Below, piece after piece: positions 1 to 8,722 of a stretch of DNA of 64,000 nt. The DNA comes from Thermodesulfobacteriota bacterium (lineage in GTDB: Bacteria; Desulfobacterota_D; UBA1144; Nemesobacterales; UBA2774): NCBI GenBank assembly GCA_965223335.1, contig OZ244991.1, forward strand, positions 2,144,001 to 2,208,000, read 5' to 3'. The notes under the pieces were generated by a model that was given only the letters and a program-made list of their open reading frames with translations, made no database searches and was not told where the DNA came from. Within the stretch, counting starts at the first letter, position 1, and every line of letters begins with the position of its first letter. A program made the position numbers and the translations under genes.

Positions 1-3000
1 ATTTATATCACCGCCACCAAATCCAATTATATCTTCCTGGATAAATCTACCAATGTGGGAGTCATAATATCTAGTCATAAAATAATATAATCCACTCTCT
101 GAATCGTATTCATGTCCAGTATATGTATAAGGATTAATAGTCGTGCCGGTTTGTGATACGATGTTGCCAAATACATCATACACATAGTCTTGTACTACTG
201 TACTACTCTGTATTAGTTCTGTAGTACTTCCTAGACCGTCGGTAAAGAATATGAAATCACCATTCCCTAACCTATTTGTATATAGTATCTCATCAACACT
301 TTCACCGTGGTAATGTAATGCAATCAACGCATTGTTACCATCATACTCTTGTAATATCATATCCCCATCGTATACATATCTAGTAACAACTCCATCAATA
401 TTTTTTTCTATCCTTCTACCAAATCCGTCATATCTGTATTGAGCTGTTAAGCTCGGACCACTTATCTGAATAAGTACATTCTCGGCGTTATATGTGTATG
501 TAGTTGTCAAACTTGTAGCTATGTCAGTCTTACTAGTCATGTTACCATTATTGTCATACGTATATGTATACTGTGAATCTTGCATCAATCGATTTGCATT
601 GTCATATACAGAAGGGGTGCCCTGCCCAAGTTCTGTGAGTCTATTTCCAACTGAATCATATGTGAAAGCTTCGTTTATTGCACCTATAGCCCCTGTAGCA
701 CTAGTCAATCGATATTCATTGTCATAACCATAGTTGAGTGGGCTATTAACGGTCGTACTACTACGTGATGTGTTCATAACTGTACGATTTCCTTCTTTAT
801 CATATGTATAACTAAAACTTGAAATGTTAGATCCGCTAACATCGTTTGAGAGATTGGTTAGTTGGCCTGCGGCATCATATGTATAGTTAGTCATTGCACC
901 TGATGTCCCTTTTGTTTGCTGAGTTATCCTTCCTACGGCATCAAATGTATTAACCCAATTTCCTCCTGACGGAATGTTTGTAGAAAGGGCTTTATTAGTT
1001 GCATCATATGAATATGTTTGATTATTTGTTCCATCAGTCCTGGAAATACGATTGTCATTAAGATCATATTGGTTTGTAATTGTAATATTTGGTTGATATG
1101 GAGAACCTACTGTTGATGTAGTGATCAGCCTATTCTCGCTGTCATAAGTCATTGTTATAGTACTCTCAGGGTTACTAAGTATGAGCAAGTTTCCATTGTC
1201 ATCATATGTATAAGTTGTAATCCCAGTAATTGGAAGTGTTTTCTGAATTAGTTGGTTGAGAGCATTGTATTGATAGGCAATTGTCTCATTATTCCGATTG
1301 GTTAAGGATATCAAATTTCCGTTACCATCATATGTATACACTTCAGTATTACCCAACTGATCAGTTTCACTACTTATTCTGTCTCTTGTATCATAAGTAA
1401 AAGTCGTGGCTTTGGACCTTGCATCGGTTACAGTGGTCAAATTGCTATTGGCATCAAATCCAAAAGTTGTAAGCGCTAGGTCAGGATCGACTATCTGAGT
1501 TTGCCTGTTCATTGAGTCGTAGCTATAGGTAGTTGTTTTACCCTCTGCATCTGTCATTGTTGTGATGTTACCTGATGTATCAAGAGTAAATGTAGTCTGG
1601 TTAAGCAGTTGGTCAGTGATACCCTCAATATTGTATTTAATACTGTCGTATTGATATGTAACAGTATTTCCAAGTGCATCCGTGACTCCAGTTTGCTGAC
1701 CAAATGAGTTATATGCAATCGTGGTTTGATTACCTAAAGGATCTACAACTGAAGTGAGATTGCCGTTTAGATCATAGTTGAAGTTTGTTACATTGTTCAT
1801 TGGGTCTGTGAGGGTTTTAATCTGATTAAAGCCATCATTTGTATATGTATAGGATGTAGTGGCCCCTGTGGCCTGGTTTGTGGTCGAAAGTAGGTTTCCT
1901 CGACTATCATAACGTATATCAGCTATGTTCCCATTTGCATCTATTATTTGTGTTGCATTGTTTTGATCGTTGCGATCAGTGATTGTAGTTTTCCCCGATG
2001 CATTAATTCTCTCTATAGTCGAGCCGTGGCGGTTTAGTAGGTATGTGGTTGTGTTGTTATTCGCATCGGTGTAGGTGGCTTTTAGATCGGCAATCGGTAC
2101 GAATGGGGCCGGGTTGGTTTCTGTCCCTAATCCCGAGGCCGGGTCTATCAATCCCACCATCCACTGGGGTGACATTGATACGGTAGAGCCGTCGGGCCTG
2201 GTAGCCCCCGAGCATTTACCCGCAAAGTTGTACTGATAGGTAGTGACAAAACCACGCTTCGAGGTCTGGGAGGTCATCCGGTGGCTGGAGTCGTAGGCAA
2301 ACTGCCGGAAGGTGCTGTCGGGATCGGTGATTTTTGTAAGGTTACCAGAACCGTCGTATTCAAACATCGTAACCTTGCCTGCCGGGTTTGTGACCGTAGA
2401 CAGGGTGTTGCCGGAATAGGCCAGTGTTGTTACTAGACCTACGGGGTCTGTGATGGTGGTAAGCCTGCCCTGGCCATCATATGCATAGTTAGTTGTATTG
2501 CCGTTACGGTCCACGACCGAGCTTTGGTACCCCTGGGCATCGAAATGGATTTGGGTGCCGTCCTTTAATTTGCGCGTATAAGTGCCATTGGTATTAGCAA
2601 ACAATATCGATGTGTCGTTAGGCTCTGAAATAAAATCGCCGTGAATACTATGATCGTACAATACATAATTCACCCATGCGGGGTCATTAAGATCGGCATA
2701 ACTCCTGCTACCGAGTTGTCCATTGTTGGTGCCTGCTAGATCGGTTAGAACCTGGCCCTGCCCTTCGTCGAAATTAGCATAATAAATCAGCCCCGACTCG
2801 CTCCCTGTGAGCTGAGTAGACATGTTGTTTTGTATTTCTGTGCCAGTTAGCGCATAGTTCCAAACACGTATTTCGTCTACGTAACCACTATAAGCTCTTC
2901 TGACACCTGGTAAGATATGTTCCTGGAACCAACCTATATGTAAGCGTGTAAATTTGTTATACAGCCCTTGTTGAGTGAATGTTTTATCGTCTATCATCTG

Positions 3001-4881
3001 GCCATTTACAAAGACCTTTACATTACCACTCGAATACACAGCGGCAATATGGTACCAGTGGTCCTTGACCATTACAGGGCTCGTGTAGTGTTCGACATTT
3101 ATCTTGTTACTGGTACTTGCACTTTTATCCACTCTGATTACGTTGACTTGAGAATCGCGACCGAATATTTCTGCCCCGATACCGTGCCCTTCTTCAAGTC
3201 TACCAAAGGTAAGCTGAGCATTATGAAAAACCTGGACGCGGTTTGTAAACAGATCTACACGCGGGACGGGTTTTACCCATGTTTCCACTGTAAACGGGAA
3301 GGTTTTCATTATATTCCCAGCCCCAGTTGGGAATTTGATATAATCAAAATTTCTGCTGAGATAGTCAAAAAATAGGGCGGTTCCTTCAGTAGCCCCACTG
3401 GCTGCCGGGGGTTCTAAAGTGTGCTGTCTAACTTTATAGTGGAACATACCACCGTCGCCCTCTTGCAAGAGGGCACTGCCGTCGGTTTGAATGTGTAGTC
3501 TAGACAAACCCTGTAAGCTCCAACCTGCGCCGAATTCGCTGTCCTTAAGATTAGCGATCTTGATGTCACCAACCTCTTTGATGGCCCTGGTTTGAGTAGG
3601 GGTCGCACGTGTGAATATGTTGGTCATATAAATGTCGTAGGGATAGATACCGGTAGCCATATTCGTTGCATCGAATTGTATGGCATTGACATGCTCATTA
3701 GGGACAGAAACAATTTGACCGGTTGTGTCATGAACAACGGTTCCTTTATCGTCACCATCAACAATTAGCTGCATGGATTGTAGATCTGGTGGATCAGTGC
3801 TATATGCAATTGATAGAATTGACCGGTTTTGCATAATCGGCCGTGCGTCTGCATAGGTGCTGTTATACTCGAAAGTTAGAGACCTGGACTGATTAAGTGA
3901 TTTATATGAGACAAGGCTATGTTCTTCGCTCAGATTGCCATTGGCTAGGTTTAGCATTGAGCCGACCGGGATAGGACAACATTCGTCACATGGTGGAGGA
4001 GGTCCTGCAGGCGGACCTCCGGGGCCGGGCTCGGGGAGGTAACCGGAACAATTTCCGGTCTTGAGTATCCCACCTGCAACTGTTTCAACAACAGAGCCGT
4101 CTTCACTTACCTGACCTACACCGACCACCTGAAATCTCCCAGTTCTTAATTCAGGCTCCATTATTTCCAGTTGGTTGCCAGGAGAAAAACCATAGTCATT
4201 TGGGAATGTCACAGCAGCAGGTTCAGTAAATGTAATACCGGGGGGCTGGACAGTTACCATCACCCCAAAACCAAGCTCTTTCGGGGGATCTACAGGGCCG
4301 TAGCCATATGGTACAAGGGATATAGAGATGGGGCCCTTATATTTTTTGCCGTCGTCAGTTACGGCACTGTTTTTTTCTATTGTTAGAGTTACACCAATAT
4401 TCTGGTTCTCGACAATTGTGGTTTTCCCGGGTTTGACCTCGGTAATAGTGCTCTGGTCTATTTGTGTAAGGTAAAAGGGTCTCTCGATATAATTCTCAAC
4501 AACTGGCTCTAAATATATATAACCTCTAAACCCGGCGTATTCGGACCCGTCGGTGCTAAGGTAGGCCGTGGTGCTATCGATATCGAGAACAACACCGCCA
4601 ACCGGCAGGTCGGGGATCGAGAAGTAACCTTGATCATCGCTTAGCGATACCATGCTGCCACCAAGGACGGATACGGTAGCGCCTTCGATGGGGGTCTCTA
4701 TGCCATTTGAGGCATCGACGGCATCCATGAGTCGCCCTGTAAGAGTAGTGCTGGTAACTTCGGGTTCGGGATTGTTCTGGGGAATCGTAGCAGATGTACT
4801 AAGCCATAATAATAAAACGGCGATTAATGCTGCCACCAATATGGGACTGGCTAGGACAAGTTTTTTGGTAGATCGACTCAT
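1..4881 (-). CDS. RHS/YD-repeat protein, teneurin-like layout (signal/TM, carboxypeptidase-regulatory-like domain, plug region, LamG, YD shell, RHS core); C-terminus lies beyond the window edge
   Basis: Hand translation: ATG at 4881 with GGAGGGG RBS and no in-frame stop down to position 1 (1627 codons). Starts MSRSTKKLVLASPILVAALIAVLLLWL. LamG motifs FTVETWVKP, WYHIAAVY, YSGYVDEIRVWNYAL. Many YD repeats. Ends in RHS core NPYTYTGHEYDSESGLYYFMTRYYDSHIGRFIQEDNIGFGGGDIN. Confidence 0.95.
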   Translation of the reverse strand, partial: MSRSTKKLVLASPILVAALIAVLLLWLSTSATIPQNNPEPEVTSTTLTGRLMDAVDASNGIETPIEGATVSVLGGSMVSLSDDQGYFSIPDLPVGGVVLDIDSTTAYLSTDGSEYAGFRGYIYLEPVVENYIERPFYLTQIDQSTITEVKPGKTTIVENQNIGVTLTIEKNSAVTDDGKKYKGPISISLVPYGYGPVDPPKELGFGVMVTVQPPGITFTEPAAVTFPNDYGFSPGNQLEIMEPELRTGRFQVVGVGQVSEDGSVVETVAGGILKTGNCSGYLPEPGPGGPPAGPPPPCDECCPIPVGSMLNLANGNLSEEHSLVSYKSLNQSRSLTFEYNSTYADARPIMQNRSILSIAYSTDPPDLQSMQLIVDGDDKGTVVHDTTGQIVSVPNEHVNAIQFDATNMATGIYPYDIYMTNIFTRATPTQTRAIKEVGDIKIANLKDSEFGAGWSLQGLSRLHIQTDGSALLQEGDGGMFHYKVRQHTLEPPAASGATEGTALFFDYLSRNFDYIKFPTGAGNIMKTFPFTVETWVKPVPRVDLFTNRVQVFHNAQLTFGRLEEGHGIGAEIFGRDSQVNVIRVDKSASTSNKINVEHYTSPVMVKDHWYHIAAVYSSGNVKVFVNGQMIDDKTFTQQGLYNKFTRLHIGWFQEHILPGVRRAYSGYVDEIRVWNYALTGTEIQNNMSTQLTGSESGLIYYANFDEGQGQVLTDLAGTNNGQLGSRSYADLNDPAWVNYVLYDHSIHGDFISEPNDTSILFANTNGTYTRKLKDGTQIHFDAQGYQSSVVDRNGNTTNYAYDGQGRLTTITDPVGLVTTLAYSGNTLSTVTNPAGKVTMFEYDGSGNLTKITDPDSTFRQFAYDSSHRMTSQTSKRGFVTTYQYNFAGKCSGATRPDGSTVSMSPQWMVGLIDPASGLGTETNPAPFVPIADLKATYTDANNNTTTYLLNRHGSTIERINASGKTTITDRNDQNNATQIIDANGNIADIRYDSRGNLLSTTNQATGATTSYTYTNDGFNQIKTLTDPMNNVTNFNYDLNGNLTSVVDPLGNQTTIAYNSFGQQTGVTDALGNTVTYQYDSIKYNIEGITDQLLNQTTFTLDTSGNITTMTDAEGKTTTYSYDSMNRQTQIVDPDLALTTFGFDANSNLTTVTDARSKATTFTYDTRDRISSETDQLGNTEVYTYDGNGNLISLTNRNNETIAYQYNALNQLIQKTLPITGITTYTYDDNGNLLILSNPESTITMTYDSENRLITTSTVGSPYQPNITITNQYDLNDNRISRTDGTNNQTYSYDATNKALSTNIPSGGNWVNTFDAVGRITQQTKGTSGAMTNYTYDAAGQLTNLSNDVSGSNISSFSYTYDKEGNRTVMNTSRSSTTVNSPLNYGYDNEYRLTSATGAIGAINEAFTYDSVGNRLTELGQGTPSVYDNANRLMQDSQYTYTYDNNGNMTSKTDIATSLTTTYTYNAENVLIQISGPSLTAQYRYDGFGRRIEKNIDGVVTRYVYDGDMILQEYDGNNALIALHYHGESVDEILYTNRLGNGDFIFFTDGLGSTTELIQSSTVVQDYVYDVFGNIVSQTGTTINPYTYTGHEYDSESGLYYFMTRYYDSHIGRFIQEDIIGFGGGDIN

Positions 4882-4911
4882 GATACCCCTCCATCTAGTT
4901 GTGGTGTGTGT

Positions 4912-5015
4912 TAGGAAGGGTTGAGCGGTAGGAGATGAAATTGAGAACAGTAGCGATTAATGACTGACTGTAAGAGATCTAAGTGAGTTCTAGACCCAGT
5001 ATTTCACCCATCCTA
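4912..5015 (-). promoter_or_regulatory. Conserved 5' leader element, copy A (upstream of RHS gene)
   Basis: Ungapped match to 12579-12682 (offset 7667) with blocks of 15/15, 13/13 and 11/12 identity; ends are complementary (UAGGAUGGGU / ACCCUUCCUA). Confidence 0.7.
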
Positions 5016-5042
5016 GAAATAATTGCCCTTTGCTTAAACCTG

Positions 5043-5071
5043 AAAATAACAAAGATGCATATGTATGTCAA
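5043..5071 (-). promoter_or_regulatory. Sigma70-type promoter of RHS gene
   Basis: TTGACA-17 bp-TATTTT with TG extended -10; same core as 12699-12727. Confidence 0.7.
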
Positions 5072-5260
5072 GAACTATTTATTTAGTGTATAAAAGGATA
5101 CACGAAAGCTTTGCCAATGATGGTTGCTAGTAAGTAATATAGATTAATGTTGCTTAGCTATTTGGCGATTTGGGTGGGAAAAATTATTTGAATGTTGTAT
5201 TGCTAAATTTTTTAGGAGTTCAAATCTCGTCGTCGGTTCCGAAAATCTTATGGCGGGGGG

Positions 5261-5770
5261 CTATAGTTGCGGGGGGAGAAGGTCTTCGAGGAAGAAGGCC
5301 GAGAGGGCCGAGCGGCCCGGGAGGCCGGACTTGGAGTAGATGGAGTTGGTCTGTGTGCGGACGGTTTTTTCGCTGGTTTTTCGCAGGTCGGCTATTTCCT
5401 TTATGCTAAAGCCCTTTAGGAGCAAAAAGGCGACCTTTTTCTCGGCCTGAGTAAGCTCCCAACTGTCTAACTGATTGTTGATCTCGGTGCTCAAGCCATC
5501 TACATAGGTTTTAGAAACGCGTTTCCATTTTTGGGCCTCTTGATTGAGCTCACTGGAGAACTGCTTTTCCCTCTCGACAGTACGCTGCATAGCAAAATGG
5601 CTTTTCATCAGGTAGTAAACCCCTGCAAGTGCCGTGAGCCCTACTATGGTTTCGATCGAGATATGCCACAATACCACCCCCTCTAGATAGTCGTTTACGA
5701 CATCTATCAGAGTCAAAACGGCTATGAACACTAGCACAGCCGATATTGTGATGCGTTCGTTCTTGGTCAT
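5261..5770 (-). CDS. Membrane-anchored LuxR-family HTH regulator
   Basis: Two N-terminal TM helices; C-terminal LTQAEKKVAFLLLKGFSIKEIADLRKTSEKTVRTQ HTH. Confidence 0.9.
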   Translation of the reverse strand: MTKNERITISAVLVFIAVLTLIDVVNDYLEGVVLWHISIETIVGLTALAGVYYLMKSHFAMQRTVEREKQFSSELNQEAQKWKRVSKTYVDGLSTEINNQLDSWELTQAEKKVAFLLLKGFSIKEIADLRKTSEKTVRTQTNSIYSKSGLPGRSALSAFFLEDLLPPQL

Positions 5771-5784
5771 GCTATCTAATAAAC

Positions 5785-6549
5785 TCAGTCGTCATCGTCA
5801 TCGTGATCATCATCGTCCTCCTCGTGCTCATCGTGGCGACCCTCTGATTCGTGTTCATCTTTGTCTTCCGCTTCACCAAGTGTAAGCTCTGTGCCGGCTA
5901 AATTCAAAGTCCGGGTGCTTGGATCATAGTTAGTAAACATGTAGCCCGTCCAAGATGCAAAAAGAATAACAAAAATTATAAGAGCAGCTGGTCTATTGCT
6001 TGAAATGCCTGGGGTGTCGGAACTTGTATCCTTTTTGCCGTCTAGCATGCTTGACCATAGGGAATCGCGGTGTTTAAGCGAGTGAAAGACGATACCGACC
6101 AGGTGCAGAATAACGGTGACCAGGAATATATTGACCAGCAGCTCGTGGACCTCTTCGAGGAAGTCGCTCTCGCCGCCAGTAACCATTAAAATGCCCGTGA
6201 ATGCGAGCCCCATAGCACACGCAAACATGACCATGGCCGCGTAGCTCGAAGCCGGGTTGTGACCCAGGTAGGACCTGGTTTTAGAGAAGACTGCGTCTTT
6301 AAAGTACTGGATGAGCTCGATGGGGTTTAGTCTAAAGCTTGAAAAGCGTGCGCTGCGCGAGCCGATCAGGCCCCACACGAGTCTTAGAACCAGTAAAAAC
6401 GCAATGCCGAGCCCTGCGATCATGTGATAGCTAAAGAGCCGGCTTTCGTCATCCACGGTCTTGCCGATGACAAAAGCGATGACAAACAGCAGAGCAAAAG
6501 CCCAGTGAAAAAAGCGTGTTGGCAGGTCGTAAACGGAGTATTTTTTCAT
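5785..6549 (-). CDS. Cytochrome b/b6-domain protein (Ni/Fe-hydrogenase cytochrome b-like) with His/acidic tail
   Basis: YDLPTRFFHW, YHMIAG, GHNP, EEVHE and ILHLVG heme-His motifs; tail EHESEGRHDEHEEDDDDHDDDDD. Confidence 0.9.
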   Translation of the reverse strand: MKKYSVYDLPTRFFHWAFALLFVIAFVIGKTVDDESRLFSYHMIAGLGIAFLLVLRLVWGLIGSRSARFSSFRLNPIELIQYFKDAVFSKTRSYLGHNPASSYAAMVMFACAMGLAFTGILMVTGGESDFLEEVHELLVNIFLVTVILHLVGIVFHSLKHRDSLWSSMLDGKKDTSSDTPGISSNRPAALIIFVILFASWTGYMFTNYDPSTRTLNLAGTELTLGEAEDKDEHESEGRHDEHEEDDDDHDDDDD

Positions 6550-6815
6550 GATAAACCTCCTCGTAATTAGCTTCTAGTACTAAATATAGGGAAGGAGAGT
6601 GAAATTAACATCGGACAAATGATGTATATGGCCGGATTTAGTGTGTTTGGTGTATGAAGGGGGTGGGAGTTATGATGGAGCGGGTTTTGGATAGCAATAT
6701 ATGACTGAAATGTGATATATAAAGATATGGGTTAACCTAATTAGAAAGCTTTCCGTTTAGAGGACGGGTTGCACTGCTGGTTTTAGGTGTGTGATTGCAG
6801 GAGGGTAGAAACAGC

Positions 6816-7589
6816 ATGGAAAGTATAGTAATAAGCCTTATCATTTTTGCGGTCGTATTCGGGGGATCTTTACTGGGGATGGCCTATCGATCCCTGCTAT
6901 CAGAACATCACCTTAACGAAGATTCCAAGACTTTTGTATTAACCATAGGGCTTGAACTGGCTGGGGTTGTAGCTGCGTTGGTATTGGCTTTGGCGGTTAC
7001 GGGGGCACAGAATTCCTTTAATGAACAGCGTAAGGAGCTAATGAGCATATCCTCACAAATTATTATGGTCGATCAACTCCTTAAGGAGTATGGAGCGGAA
7101 TCGGGAGAAATAAGAGAGAGTCTAAAAAGTCTTTTAATACGTGGGCTTAACACATTCTGGCCAAAGGAGAATGACGGCAATGAGCTTTCGGGGTTGAGAC
7201 TGGCGTCAACGGATGGAGAGCCCCTTTATCTGATGGTAATGAAGCTTGAACCCACAAGCGCATCGCAGCGTTTATTGAAGGACGAGGCGCTTCGGTTGAG
7301 TTACGACCTGGAACAGACAAGTAATCTCTTGTTTGTGCAGAATTATAAATACATACCAAAGACATTTATCATAGTGCTTACCTTGCTGGCCATGTGGTTC
7401 TTGTTTATTTTCTTTAGTATCGGTATCTATGCGCCTTTGAATACGACTGTAATCATTGCGTTGGTTTTATCTTCCCTATCCATTGCTATAGCATTTTTTA
7501 TGATCATCGATCTAAATCTGCCCTTCGATGGTATACTCCGCATGCCTAGTGCCCCCGTTGAAGAAGCTCTCAGGGCGATTGGGAAATGA
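6816..7589 (+). CDS. DUF4239/bestrophin-like membrane protein
   Basis: TM pattern with IIDLNLPFDG motif; ATG at 6816 follows a GGAGGG RBS. Confidence 0.75.
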   Translation: MESIVISLIIFAVVFGGSLLGMAYRSLLSEHHLNEDSKTFVLTIGLELAGVVAALVLALAVTGAQNSFNEQRKELMSISSQIIMVDQLLKEYGAESGEIRESLKSLLIRGLNTFWPKENDGNELSGLRLASTDGEPLYLMVMKLEPTSASQRLLKDEALRLSYDLEQTSNLLFVQNYKYIPKTFIIVLTLLAMWFLFIFFSIGIYAPLNTTVIIALVLSSLSIAIAFFMIIDLNLPFDGILRMPSAPVEEALRAIGK

Positions 7590-7616
7590 TCTTGGTGAGT
7601 AGGATTTGGTGAAACA

Positions 7617-8603
7617 TCAATCTGATTGAAACGGGAACACCTGTTTCCAGTCCTTTTTCATATCCACTACAGTCCAGCCGTTTTTCTCTGCGTGCTCGAG
7701 TGCTTTGTCGAGCCTGCCGATGTGGGAGTCGCGGTCGTAAACCCATTCGCGCTTAGGGTCGGTGTGGCGGACTAAAAGCGCAAAACTGGGGCCCTCGCCT
7801 GCATGGGTCCATTGGAGCATCTGGAGGTCGCCGTCAGAGTTGCCGAATGCAGCTATGGGGCGTTTGCCTATGTGTTTGTTGATGCCTACGGGTTTGCCCT
7901 CTTTATCGTTTATGAAATCGATCTCGGCCTCTCGTATTAATACCGGTTTGTCATCACGGAACTCGAGCTTGTTTTTAATGCTGCTGCCCACAACCTGCTC
8001 GGGTGGGATGCCGTAAACTTCTTCTGTCCATGGGCGCATGAATTCTATGCCACCGCCGGACACTATGTAGGTCTTGAACCCATTAGCACGCAGGTATGCG
8101 AGGAGTTCAAGCATTGGCTGGTACACAAGCTCGGTGTAGAGACGGTCGAAACGGGGATGTTTTGCGGTGGCCAGCCACTTCTCTACAATAGCTTCAAACT
8201 CGGCCTCGGACATCCCGGCGTGTGTGGCCATGATAAGCTCTGCGATGCCCTTATAGCCGATGGCGGCTAGTGCCTCTTTGTCATTTTCAAGCACAGCCTT
8301 GTAGGGCTGCTGGGTCTTCCAGTCGGGATTGGAGTCGGATAGTGCATGTATGCGGTCTTTTACAAATGCTAGTTGGAAATATATGGGCTGCTCGGCCCAA
8401 AGAGTGCCATCGTTGTCAAATGTAGCAATACGGTCCTCGGGCTTTACAAATGTCTTGCTTGTGGGATCGGAGACCTGCTCTACAAAGCTTATTATAGAAC
8501 GTTTGGCTGCACCATCGTTCCAGGACGGCAGCGGGTCGTCGGCCTTAACGCTAAAGGGAAGCGAAACAAACAAGAAAATAGCTAGGGTTAGGATTGTTTT
8601 CAT
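7617..8603 (-). CDS. Exported HAD-family hydrolase (nonspecific acid phosphatase-like)
   Basis: Signal peptide; LPSWNDG, FDNDGTLW, IVSGGG and FGNSDGD motifs. Confidence 0.9.
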   Translation of the reverse strand: MKTILTLAIFLFVSLPFSVKADDPLPSWNDGAAKRSIISFVEQVSDPTSKTFVKPEDRIATFDNDGTLWAEQPIYFQLAFVKDRIHALSDSNPDWKTQQPYKAVLENDKEALAAIGYKGIAELIMATHAGMSEAEFEAIVEKWLATAKHPRFDRLYTELVYQPMLELLAYLRANGFKTYIVSGGGIEFMRPWTEEVYGIPPEQVVGSSIKNKLEFRDDKPVLIREAEIDFINDKEGKPVGINKHIGKRPIAAFGNSDGDLQMLQWTHAGEGPSFALLVRHTDPKREWVYDRDSHIGRLDKALEHAEKNGWTVVDMKKDWKQVFPFQSD

Positions 8604-8673
8604 GATTGCTCTCCACGAACAAAGTGCATTACGGTTTGGGATTTAAACTATTGCACCTGCCTTATTGAGAACG

Positions 8674-8704
8674 AACGGCTATCGTCTATCTAAACAATAG
8701 CCGT
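8674..8704 (-). terminator. Hairpin between sulfatase and HAD genes
   Basis: Inverted repeat ACGGCTAT...ATAGCCGT with only a weak U tract. Confidence 0.45.
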
Positions 8705-8722
8705 CCGTGATTTAAGACTTTG

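Noticed and set aside
494..4924. Short track ORFs at 494, 2968, 3414, 4171 and 4652
   Set aside because: Antisense or off-frame shadows of the single long RHS ORF.
4912..5015. Conserved leader as a known riboswitch (c-di-GMP, fluoride, yybP, TPP, SAM)
   Set aside because: None of the signature motifs I know are present; an Rfam scan is still needed.
6608..6638. Possible LuxR-type site upstream of the cytochrome b gene
   Set aside because: Only a degenerate repeat in one copy; not supportable.
7600..7615. TAGGATTTGGTGAAAC resembling block 1 of the conserved leader
   Set aside because: Imperfect and gapped, the other blocks are absent, and it lies between convergent gene ends; likely chance.
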